From the NCBI GenBank assembly GCA_020891255.1, contig BQFW01000008.1, positions 1,922,001 to 1,986,000 of the forward strand: DNA of 64,000 nucleotides, written 5' to 3'. The DNA is from Entomortierella parvispora E1425 (Eukaryota; Fungi; Mortierellomycota). Numbering within the stretch: the first letter of the stretch is position 1; every line of letters begins with the position of its first letter. Under the pieces are notes generated by a model. That model did no database searches. It saw nothing but the letters and a program-made list of their open reading frames with translations, and was not told the DNA's origin. A program made the position numbers and the translations under genes. Below are positions 1 through 11,229 of the stretch, piece after piece.

Positions 1-2
1 AA

Positions 3-1825
3 AGTGGCCATGGAGTAAGATATAGCAAGCACAAGAGATCCTCTCATAAACGCTTAAAGAGTCGGTCCGCCAGTCAGGGGAGAGGTGGGGAGGTCAAGGG
101 CAAGTCTTCAAAGTCCAATAAGCAAGCTCAAGAGATTAGACGCCACCGCTGCACCACCTGCGGCAAACAGTTCTCAAGACCCAGTCAGTTGGAGACTCAT
201 AAGCTGACACACACGGGACAGGTAAAAGAGTGCACTTCATTGCGCCTTGACTTGAAGAAATCGACTGACCGCCATTTATTTTTTATCCATAGAAACCCCA
301 CATTTGCGAGCAATGCAACAAGGGTTTCAATGTGAGCAGTAATCTTAAGCGGCATATTAAGACACACACTTACCCACGGCGTCCCAACGCGACAGGTGGC
401 ACTAATGACACAACAATTCCTGTCACCGGTGCCCATCTGTTGGAGTTCCCACTGATTACGGTCACTGGTCTTGGACTGGGTATGGGGACTGAACAAGTAA
501 ACCCATCCGAGAGTCAACAACAAAAAGCACGACTTCAGTATGAAATCCAACAACAGCCACAGCAGCAGCACCATGTGCAAGCCCATCCCATGCAGTCAGA
601 GCAACCTTTGCCACTACACTTTCAATTGCTACAGCAACAGCAGCAACTACAACAGCAACAACAACAGCAAATTCAACAACAACAGCAGCAGCATCAACAG
701 CAACAACAGCAGCATCAACAGCAACAACAGCAGCAACAACAACAGCAGAAGCAGCAGCAAGAGCAGCATCAGGAGAACCAAGTCATCCAACTTCAGTCTT
801 GTTTGCGCTCTGTTGTAGAGTCATCGGATTTGCCTCTGGAAGCCAGGTTGATGCCCCTACCTCAGACTTTTGCTGTCGTTCATTCACAGGAACTTGCATT
901 TCAGCAGGTACCAAATGTTGAAAATACATCAATCATTCATCCCCAATCAGCGTTTGAGTTGCAGCAGCAACAAACACCATCATCGACAACAGAAGAGCAG
1001 TCTGACAGAGAACCAATATTATCTCCTCCACCCCAGCAACAACTACAACAACAGGATCTGAAGCCACAGGCGCGCGTAAGCCTGCTTCAAGAGTTTGAGC
1101 CAAGTCGTTCTCTGCAGCAATCGTCGAGCCCTTCGCTTCGAGTAGAAGAAGGCAAGCCCTGGATAGGACAGACGACGTTAGACGCCGTCTATGTCCTTCC
1201 TAGTGCGCTCAGGTCTCCAAGAAGAGATACAGGCACAGAACGAGAACGAGGAAAAGGGCGACCAAGCCCTGAACAGCTCACAGAGACTTTCAATCCCGGC
1301 CACGGGACTATCGTCAGAGCTGTAAATAGTCCTGAAGGAACTGAAGACTCTACTCGATCAAATCTACCACTGAGATCAGCAATTTTCAAGTCAGGAGAAA
1401 TGGATTATACAGAGGTCAGTGGATCATCAAGGGTCGGGACCTCAGATGCCTCGACTCCAAATTCCCTCGGGGCCGTGACGACTACCTCCTCTGGAAGGAT
1501 GACTGTCTTGGTTGCCTCACCTCAAGCAGATGCCATTCTTACTGTGGACACAAACCCATCGCTTGTTGCAGTCTCCTTGCCAATAGCCAGGTCGTTGGCG
1601 GCAGTAGCTTTGCCACCAGAGACTAACGGTGTGCAGCTCACAGTTGTCCCTGCCTTGTCTTTGGCTATGCTTGAATCACATCCTGCCCTTTTGCCATTGA
1701 CAGGAGCAGTTGATACGGTCGTTGGAAATAGGCTACAGGAACGGGTCACGGATGAAAAGGCCAAAGCAGAGATAAAAGCAAGTAGAATGACGAATAGGAT
1801 ATTAGTTGAAGGCCAAAGCGGATAG
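3..1825 (+). CDS. C2H2 zinc-finger transcription factor, 5'-partial, Gln-rich C-terminal region (exons <3..221, 293..1825)
   Basis: Joining across GT-AG intron 222..292 gives [49 protein letters not shown]: two C2H2 fingers with a TGxKP linker. The frame is open from the window start. Confidence 0.9.
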
Positions 1826-2162
1826 GAAGCAATGAAGCAATGAATAAGGGAACGAGAGAAAGAAGAGAGGGGAGGAGCCATGCTGGCGACCGAGGCATGG
1901 AGGGCAACTACTGAATAAAAAACGCGTGCGCGTCGCATAAAAAAGTCTTGCATCCCGCTATCCCGCAGTGCACCCTTAAGATGTGTCTTGACTTTTTTTT
2001 TTCTGGGGGTTTCGATGTGTCGTGACTGGCGAAGGCGATCGCGGGTTGATAAGGTGGTCGCGCTTCTTTGACTTTCTGACTTTTCTCTCTTCTGATTCAT
2101 TCTTTCCTCATCCGCTTTTCTCCCCTTGTTCATCCCCCTACACACACTCCTCTTCTCTCAAT

Positions 2163-4576
2163 ATGTCTACCGCTGCAGTGTACGTTGCTTGTCCTTGCCT
2201 CATGCACCCTCCATGACGATCTCATTCGTCATTGTGTCTGCTCTACCCCGCGTTTCTCTCTTTTCTGTGTTCAAGAACAAAGAGTACTGACTTTCGATCT
2301 GATCGCTCCTCTCTTGTTCTTTGCGTCCAGTGCTGATATCGGTCTTATCGGTTTGGCCGTCATGGTAAGCAATTCTCCCTGCAGACACGCGCTGCACCAG
2401 TCTAACGGAAAGAATAATGAAGCAACCGCAGGGTGTATGACCAGATTCTCACGCTTTTCCTTCTCTTTTCTGCTCTGTGGACCTGTGCGCATCATTGTAT
2501 CTGCATGAATGAATGAAATCGCTCCCGCCTTCTCATATTAGGGTCAGAACTTGATCCTCAACATGGACGACCACGGTTTCACCGTCTGCGCCTACAACAG
2601 AACCGTTTCCAAGGTTGACCATTTCTTGGCCAACGAGGCCAAGGGCACCAAGATCGTTGGCGCTCACTCGATCGAGGAGTTCTGCAAGAAGCTTAAGCGT
2701 CCTCGCAAGGTCATGATGCTCGTCAAGGCTGGTCAGGCTGTCGACGACTTCATTGCCCAGGTCTTGCCCTTCCTCGAGCCCGGTGATATCATCATTGACG
2801 GAGGCAACTCTCACTTCCCCGATACCATCCGCCGCACCAAGGAGCTCGAGGCCAAGGGTTTCCTCTTTGTTGGATGCGGTGTCTCTGGAGGTGAGGAGGG
2901 TGCTCGTTACGGTCCCTCAATGATGCCCGGTGGTTCTACCGCTGCCTGGTACGTTTGCCAAACTGATTCGTTTGCTCAATGTTTTCATTCTGATCACTGC
3001 GCAATGGACGATTCCAGAATCGAATATTTTCTTTGCTGACATTTAATCATTTCGTGTTTTTTTCTGACAATTCACAAAGGCCTCACGTCAAGCCCATCTT
3101 CCAGGCTATTGCTGCCAAGGTTGATGGCGAGCCCTGCTGCGACTGGGTCGGTGAGACTGGCGCTGGTCACTACGTCAAGATGGTCCACAACGGAATTGAG
3201 TACGGTGATATGCAGATGATCTGCGAGGCCTACCAAATCCTGAAGGACACCCTTGGATTGTCTGCCGATGAGCTCGGAGACATCTTCACCGAGTGGAACA
3301 AGGGCGAGCTCGACTCGTACCTCATTGAGATCACCCGCGACATCCTCAAGTTCAAGGACACTGATGGCTCTCCCTTGGTCGAGCACATTAAGGATACCGC
3401 TGGACAGGTAAAGACGACACTTTTTATTTACTTCTTTCTTTCTACTGCGCGTTTCCTCTGTTCTTCAATATCTTCGGTTGCCATTCTTGGAGGTGGGGTG
3501 AGGGTTTCCTTTTATCAGATCTGGGACGGGATTGTGGCATTGGCAGATCAAGCCCGACAGGCAACAAAAGAGGACCAAAAAAGGCAGATCGAGACTCTCT
3601 TCTGTGTTCCCCACAGTCCGCTGGCTCAAAGAAGGCAAGCGGTGGTGGCGTCCAGGCGGGGTCGCGTCATCACAGCGCATTGCACCACATCACATCAGCA
3701 TATCAAATTCAGTTCATTATCAGCGCTCATTGATTTTCCTGTGCCGCCGACTGATTACAGATACGAGCGATATGATTCGGTTCGATTTTGATTCAACTTT
3801 TTTATCTTCGATCCCAACAAAAAAAAAGAAATCATTTTTTTTCTTGCCCTGTATGGTTACTTACCGCTTTGCTTCCTCTCTTGTATGGTTCTTTGCAAAC
3901 GCGAGTGTAGAAGGGAACCGGCAAGTGGACTGTCGTCTCTGCCCTCGACAACGGCATGCCCGTCACCTTAATCGGTGAGGCCGTCTTTGCCCGCTGTCTC
4001 TCTGCCATCAAGAACGAGCGTGTCCGTGCCTCTGAGATCCTCTCTGGCCCCAACACCAAGTTTACTGGTGACAAGAAGCAGTTCATCCACGATGTCTCCA
4101 AGGCCCTCTATGCCTCCAAGATCATCTCCTATGCCCAGGGCTTCATGTTGATGCGCGAGGCTGCCAAGGAGAACGGATGGCACTTGAACAACGCCGGCAT
4201 CGCTTTGATGTGGCGCGGTGGTTGCATTATTCGCTCCGTTTTCTTGGGCGACATCAAGACTGCCTACACCAAGAACCCCGAGCTTGAGAACTTGTTGTTC
4301 GACCCCTTCTTCACCAAGGCCGTTACCGAGGCTACCCAGGGCTGGAGAAACGTTGTTTCCCAGGCTGCTCTCTTGGGAATCCCCGCTCCTGCCTTGTCCT
4401 CCGCCTTGGCCTTCTTTGACGGATACCGCTCCAAGGTCTTGCCCGCCAACTTGCTCCAGGCCCAGAGAGATTACTTCGGTGCCCACACCTACCAGCGCTT
4501 GGACAATGAGGACTGGGTCCACACCAACTGGACTGGCCGTGGAGGCAACGTTGCCTCGACTACCTACCTTGCTTAA
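2163..4576 (+). CDS. GND1: 6-phosphogluconate dehydrogenase, decarboxylating (exons 2163..2179, 2331..2364, 2542..2948, 3080..3407, 3911..4576)
   Basis: Spliced product has [18 protein letters not shown] (NADP binding), [51 protein letters not shown] and [12 protein letters not shown]. All introns are GT-AG and in phase. Confidence 0.98.
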
Positions 4577-4981
4577 GTAGGATATCCCATTGTACAGCTC
4601 AACCAAAAAAAACCACCCACCCTATCCAAATTATTCACGTTCTTAAGCATTGAGTTTTGAAAAATAAACCATTCAAACCGAACATAACAACAAGGCTGAG
4701 CACCATGCTCAAAAGAGTCTTTGATTTGTAGGAAGGAAAAGGATGCTGCTTTTCACGCGTTGCCACCAACCCGCGAAAAAGACAGTCCTACAAAAACACA
4801 CATTTTTTTTTTCTTTTTTTTTCTTTGCATTTGTCATTCGTTCGCTACCGCAGCATCGTTCCTTTGTTCAACCCTTCGCGTTCTCGACTATAAAGCAAGG
4901 CCACCCTTCTGCTCCGTCGTTTCTCCATATATCTCTTTCTCTACCCGATTACAACCATCACATACCCCTTTTTACTACGCA

Positions 4982-6628
4982 ATGTCTAACTCAGTACGTG
5001 CGCCTCATGTCTTTTTTCAAGCCTCTGGACTCTCTGTTTCTGAGAAAAAGACATTCCGAAAACTGACTTTGTCCCTGTGCCATTTGCAACTATAGCAAGA
5101 ACCATCAAGCGACCATGAGGAATTCCTTGATCCTGATGAGGTCGATGAGGAGCAGATCCTCGAGGACCAAGAAGGTTTGTCCCATCCCCTGCCGCATTCG
5201 ATTCATGTGTTGATTCTATTGTACTTTTACTTTTTTTTTTTTTGCTTACAAATATATCGTGCTTTCTGTTCTTGTTTCTACTAGGCGACATGATGGATGA
5301 GGATGACGAAAACGGCGAGGAAGCTGAGCAGTTTGACGAGGACGGAAACCCTGTCAATGACGATGAGATGATGGAGTTGCACGACGACTCTGTTCAGGGA
5401 TTCTTCACGCACAAGGGTAAAATATTCTCGAGGAATGAACGATGGACAATATTTTTTTTTTGGCTCAAGGGACACCTGGATCTTATTCTCTCTTTGTATA
5501 CTGATTGTTCATCGTGTTCTTTCATACCACATTATAGAGCCAGTCTATGATGTTGCATTACATCCCATTCACCAAAACATTGCCGTCAGTGGAGGAGGTG
5601 ACGACAAGAGTTATCTCTGGCGCTTGTACGATGGCGAGCAATTGTACGAGTTTGGCGGACATACCGACTCTGTGACTCAGGTGGCTTTCAGCGTCGACGG
5701 TACTTTTGTGGCCAGCGGATCCATGGATGGAAAGGTCCGTGTCTGGAAGAGTGAGACGGGCGAATTTGTCTGCGAACTTGAGGGTCCTGATGAGGTTGTG
5801 GTAAGTTGCCCTACAATTCTGAAAGTAATGACTGTTCCTGTTGTTGGTTCTGACTCTTTCTCTCTGTTTACATCATTTGTTTCTTTTATATCTCAAAAGT
5901 GGATCAACTGGCACCCCAAGGGCAACATCATCTTGGCTGGCGCAACGGATTCCTCCGTCTGGATGTGGGCTGTTCCCTCTGGAGCGTTCATGAACGTGTT
6001 CAATGGTCATTCCGGACCCGTCACCAGTGGTATGTTCACGCCCGACGGCAAAAAGATTGTCACCGTGTCTGAAGATATGTCCTTGATCGTCTGGGATCCC
6101 AAGACGGCTGCTGCCCTCCACAGGATCACCTCGGAGGATGCTCGCTTCCACAGCGATGTCGTGACCTGCCTTGCCATTAACAAGGACAGCAGTTTGGCCA
6201 TGACTGGATCTGCAGACGGTACTGCCAAATTGATCAACTTGCACAGCGGAAACATCTTGGGCTCTTTTGAGAACCACTCGGATGCTGTCGAGACTGTTGG
6301 ATTCTCGGACCACATGAACTTGGCAGCCACTGGCTCCTTGGACGGACGCTTGAACATTTGGGACATTCAGACGATGCAGTTGCGGACGTCTTGTGAACAC
6401 AAGGGACCCATCATCAAGTTGCAATGGCACAAGACCCAGCCCTTGATCACCACCTGCTCTGCCGATCGTTCCGTTCAGGTCTGGGATGGACGGACTGGTC
6501 AGAACGTCAAGATTTGGTTGGGTCACCAGGATGCCGTTTTGTGCTTTGCCATGACAAACGATGGCTTGACTTGCGTGACTGGATCCGATGATGGATGTGC
6601 GCTGGTCTTTAGAATGGTCGACAACTAG
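4982..6628 (+). CDS. SQT1: WD40-repeat protein, SQT1/AAMP family (uL16 chaperone) (exons 4982..4993, 5096..5174, 5285..5416, 5538..5800, 5900..6628)
   Basis: Acidic N-terminus, DDSVQGFFTHK, SGGGDDKSYLW, GHTDSV, SGSMDGKVRVW and WINWHPKGNIILAGATDSSVWMW match the Sqt1/AAMP pattern. Confidence 0.85.
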
Positions 6629-6834
6629 ATAGTTTTCATTATCATTGCATTTCAACTATCATCATCGTCGTCGTATCCTCATCATTGTCATGGTTCATTT
6701 TGTAAAAAAAAATAAAATAAAAAAGAGTTGTATGGTAAATTTTGAGAATAGATGGGATATTATTAGATGAAGAAAAAAAAAAAAAGTCTACGACTTCGTC
6801 TTTTGGTGTGGTTTGCTTGTTTGTTTGCTGTTGA

Positions 6835-9800
6835 TTATGAAGACGCGGAAGGAGGAGGAGGAGGGGGTCGAGTGTCGATCGAGACCAGCCGAGGACCACC
6901 AGGAGGTTCTGGTGAAGGTGTGTAACTCGAATTGGCAAGGTTGCTGCTCAATTTAGGGGAAGCCGTGAAGGCACGGCTTGGAATGTTGATGTTGTTGCTG
7001 TTGGGTGTCAGCGTTGTCGGGGCAGTAGAGATTGGACGCTGCTGCATCTGTGGCGGTTGTGATGAAGGGGGTTGTGGTTGGTAGGACCTGCCTATCGTTC
7101 CAGGAGGAGTGTTTCCTTGCATGTTGAGGAGGGGAATCGAGTCCATCACTGGCGCTGATGGGTAAGACCCGTTGTTGGCTGGGAGATACATCCCATGATG
7201 GGAGTGGTTATCCGCCAACGAGTACTGACCTGTCGACACGGACGAGCCCGAGTGCATGTTATGGCGGCTAGCGAACGGGAGGGCACTATCGCCCGTCTGT
7301 CTTGAAGACGAGGACTCGTCCGAGAGCTCTTCCTCGCGCAATCCTTGATGGCTCATCCAATCCTCCCCAGAGTCCGACACCAGGAACTGAGGCGTGGGCA
7401 ATCCCGCCAGGATGGCAGCCTTCTGCCTCCGCTCCTTTTCCCACTCTCCCCATCGCTTCATCGTGATGTGTGAACTATCAAACTGACCCTCCTTTCCTCC
7501 GTGATCCGCGCCTGCAACCTCTCCGGCCACCATACGGGTCTGACCCCATGAGAAATCGTCGAAATGCCAGTAAGCGTACGCGGGCAGGACAAAGTTCCAG
7601 ACAAAGATCGAGCAGAGATACACCATCATCCATCCAACATAGACCATCTTTCTAGACGTCATGACGATCAAGACGGCGGGCAGACCCAAAATCGCCGCCA
7701 GCAACAGCAAAGGCACCGTGGTGTCGGGGATCTTTTCATCGTGCGAGATGGCTCTGTAGATCGAGATCGTGACCAGGTAAATTGTGAACGAGATAGCTGC
7801 AGGCAAGACCACCGTACCGACCAACTCCATGAAAATGACGAATTGCATAGAGAAACAGAAGGTTCCGCACAGATCGCGGACAAGGACCAACTCCATCAGG
7901 TTGTGAATAGTCGAGTTGATCCAACGACGACGCTGGGACAACAAGATCTTGAACGTATCTGGGACCACAGTCTTGCAAATGGCCTGGGGTACAAACATCA
8001 TCTTGCGCTTGGGGAAAGTGCGCAACATCAACGTCGACAGGTAACGATCCTCTCCCAGGAGCAACAAGTTCTTCTTGTGGAGTGTGTCAACCACGTTCTC
8101 AGAGTAATGTTCGACGATATCGGGGTTGGCCAAGATTGGGACCCAGTAACCATTCGGTCCCTTGGGTGCCTTGATACGGTACATGCAGAAACATCCAGGC
8201 AAGCAGGTCACTCCTCCGAACATCGACTCAAAGGCCTTGGACATATGATGGGAAATGTAGTACTCAAAGACCTGGATCATGGTCACCCAGGAGTCAGTCT
8301 TGTTGGCAATCTTGGTCTCACCACAGAGTCCCATGATATCATGATCGTGGGCCATGGCCGCAATCATACGCGAAAGAGAGTCGGGATAGACTTTTGTATC
8401 AGCATCCACCTGTAGTACACAAATGGACCAAAGTCAGTTAGTGTGCATTCAATATGAAATAAACTTTTTCCATGGCCAAAAGACTGATTGCTCTCCTTAC
8501 CATGAGCACAATCTCGTATCGGTCTGGCGCCACTCCAGTGACTCTCCAGATCGTGTTGAATAGCTCGTACTCGAAAGAGGTCATACGCTCATCAAACATG
8601 ACGTGCTGCAAGAAGCCCATCAGGATAATCTGAGAATCTCTCTTGCCACGGTTACCAGGCTTGGGCAGATTTTGCTCGGTAGGGCCACCACACTTGACAA
8701 TAATACACATCGGGACACGCTTCTGAAGTTTCTTATCAGGGACCGTCTCGTCATCGTACTTGTAAAATCCAGCATAGACCTTGGCCATGTTGTGGCGCTT
8801 GGTACCGTCAGCGATAGCCACATAGGAATGGGCCACCACATCCTCACGAGGAACAAGGTCGTCCTGCATCATCGACAGACAGATATCGGGTGTTGACATG
8901 TTGTTTCCAGCACCAATAATCATGCCGTCGCAAATGACCACGATCAACTTGTGCGAGTTGGGATAGTCCGTCGTAGCAATAGAGTCCAGAGTGGTCCTCA
9001 GGCCATCAATACCTTCAGAGTAGCATGTCACCAGGGCCATGGTGTGAATCAAGGGAAAGTTGAACGGCTGGAACGACACTGGAGGCTGAGGTACCAAAAA
9101 GGGCGAAACAGGCATGGGGCAGTTCGTGGGCTGGGTCGCAGTTGAGGACGAAGTCGAGGACCGTCTAGAGACCTGACGCATGCCACCAAAGCTAGCAATG
9201 CTGGAGGGCCTCATCGAGTTTGGCAATGGTGGGGGGGATGGTGGTGGGGTTCCGTTGGGTCCCAGTTGCTGATTGAGGTAAGATCCACGACTCAATGAGG
9301 TGCTCGAGGCGGACAAGAACGCCGGGTTGATGGCAGGGGAACCTGGAGGGGTGTAGGGCTTGAACGTGCTGTTGGGGCGGTTGAAAGACGAAAGTGGTCT
9401 GGCACTAGCAGGGCCTAGCGATGCAGGTGCACCGATGCCGCTCGACGTTCCAGGGTTCAAACCAGAGGGCGTGAATCTGGAGGTGGTAGGGAAGAAAGTC
9501 GATCGCTTTGCACTGCTGAACGCCGGTCTGTTGATGTCCGAACTCCAAGCTTCGATCTGCTCTGCGCGCTTCATGCGTTCTTGATACGTCTCGTTCTCAA
9601 AACCACCGAGGCGATGGCTTAGGAACCACCCGAAAAAGACAGCTAGGAAGAACTTGATAAAGACTACTCCCAAAATAATCACTAGGGACACGTACGTGAT
9701 CACGTCCGAAGTCATGCAGCCGATCGTCTTTGAATCTATAGCCCCTACACGAGCAATTTGCTTCAAGCAGGCACCAACCTTTGTCATTTTCTTTTGAACG

Positions 9801-11229
9801 AAAAGAAAAGACAGATCGCGTTGGAGTCGAATCGATCCATTCCTGAGCGCCAGCAGACTCTCATCGAGAGTGTAATCCGTCTTGATCCAGGTGAGAATAT
9901 CGGCATCGATCACGTCACCATCATATGCAAAAAAGCTTCTGTCTGCGTTGGAGATATTGGTCCAGGTGTAATAAGCCGGTGCATTGTATAGACTTTTCAG
10001 ATTTGCCCAGGCTGTTCGGTCGGCTGGGAGAGCATGACAGGCCGATCCAACCTTGTCCACGGTGGAATTGGGCGAGGTATTTCCGTTGATACTCCTCATG
10101 ACACAGGGGAAGTAGTAGTTGGCCTGGTTGTCAGTAGGGGCTGCAGGTATAGTTCTGGTGATAAGACCTTCACAGGCGCCTCCAGCGAAATCTTGGAAGA
10201 GAAAAGAGGCGTCCATTCCCTTAGCAGCAAATCCAGGAGCATTCATGATATCGACAGGTTCGCTTGAGATGTCCTTGTTCAGAGAAGGGTGCAGCCATAC
10301 GGGCTCTCCGTTTCCGCTGTCCTCTGCGTTGAAATAGTAGCCCATACCGCTAACGATCACGTCCTGCTCACGAGATCCTGCTACAAACTTGCCAGATTGT
10401 TCATCCTGACAAAGGGCCTGTTGGAGTCCAAAGGTCAAGAAGGCTACAGCCAGCACCATCATCACGATCAACGAAACCAGCGCAATCTTCTCACGCCACG
10501 CCCTTTGAATCTCGAGCGTGTGCATACCTAGAGTGAGCACAATGGTGAATCGAGTCAGCTCAAGTTACGGGTTACAACAGATGGTACGTGTTTTCTTCCT
10601 GAGGATAGGTTGCCCCTTTGTGGTTGCCCCTTACCACAAGACTTCAGCAGAGCAGCTGGGAAACAGCAAGTAATGGCATTATAGTAGATGACCCACTTGG
10701 ATGGCCACTCCTTTTTCTCTGCCTTCTTCTTTAGTGGATTCTTCATATTCTTGATATCGGCCATGGTCTTGCGTTTTGGTCCTGAAGACGCTTTCGCGGC
10801 CCGTGTCTGACCTGGCTTTTCTGGTTCACGTCCCAAGACACTCTTGCCTCTTCTGATCCCACCTCCAAACCCACCCGAGGTGGACCGACCCCGAGCAAGA
10901 GCAGGGGCGCCTGTAGGGTCATTGCCTGTGGATGAGGCCTGAACCTTGATGTGGGATCCATCCAGGTTTTGGGTAACGTTTCTATAAAAGTATTGTGGGT
11001 GATTCTTGTCGATCCTCTCTCGTTCAGGTCGAACAAGCGACTTTTGCCTCCGGAAATTGGTGTTGCTAGGTCGAGCACTGTTGCCACTGCCGTTGCTGCT
11101 GCCGCCGTTGCGGGTGGCAGAGTTGGAGGTGTCGATGGTCAGGGAAGGACCACCTTGAGATTGCCGCCTGTTTGATTGAACGGGACCATCGTATGACTGG
11201 CTTTCCAGATCCTGATACCCTGTTTCCAT
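6835..11229 (-). CDS. Chitin synthase, class IV (Chs3-like, GT2) (exons 11229..10635, 10527..8501, 8409..6835)
   Basis: [13 protein letters not shown]-terminal motif, [42 protein letters not shown] and QRRRW motifs. Introns are in phase. Confidence 0.96.

Noticed and set aside
1921-1935. ACGCGT (MCB-like) sites seen near several promoters
   Set aside because: The number noticed is about what chance gives for a 6-mer in 64 kb, and sites also occur in introns and CDS.
2180-2330. GND1 intron 1 open in frame (possible alternative-acceptor PTS2) and ATGACGA...CTGA as a snoRNA
   Set aside because: No PTS2 nonapeptide is encoded, and the CTGA is part of the TACTGAC branch site.
3968-4606. Long antisense ORFs over GND1, and likewise over SQT1 (5873..6655), CHS (7564..8415) and ACADM (42382..43242, 43746..44249)
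   Set aside because: Expected shadow ORFs of strongly codon-biased genes; no independent motifs.
4574-4660. In-frame SKL after the GND1 stop (possible cryptic PTS1 by readthrough)
   Set aside because: SKL is followed by seven more codons before the next stop, and the stop is TAA-G rather than a leaky TGA-CTA context.
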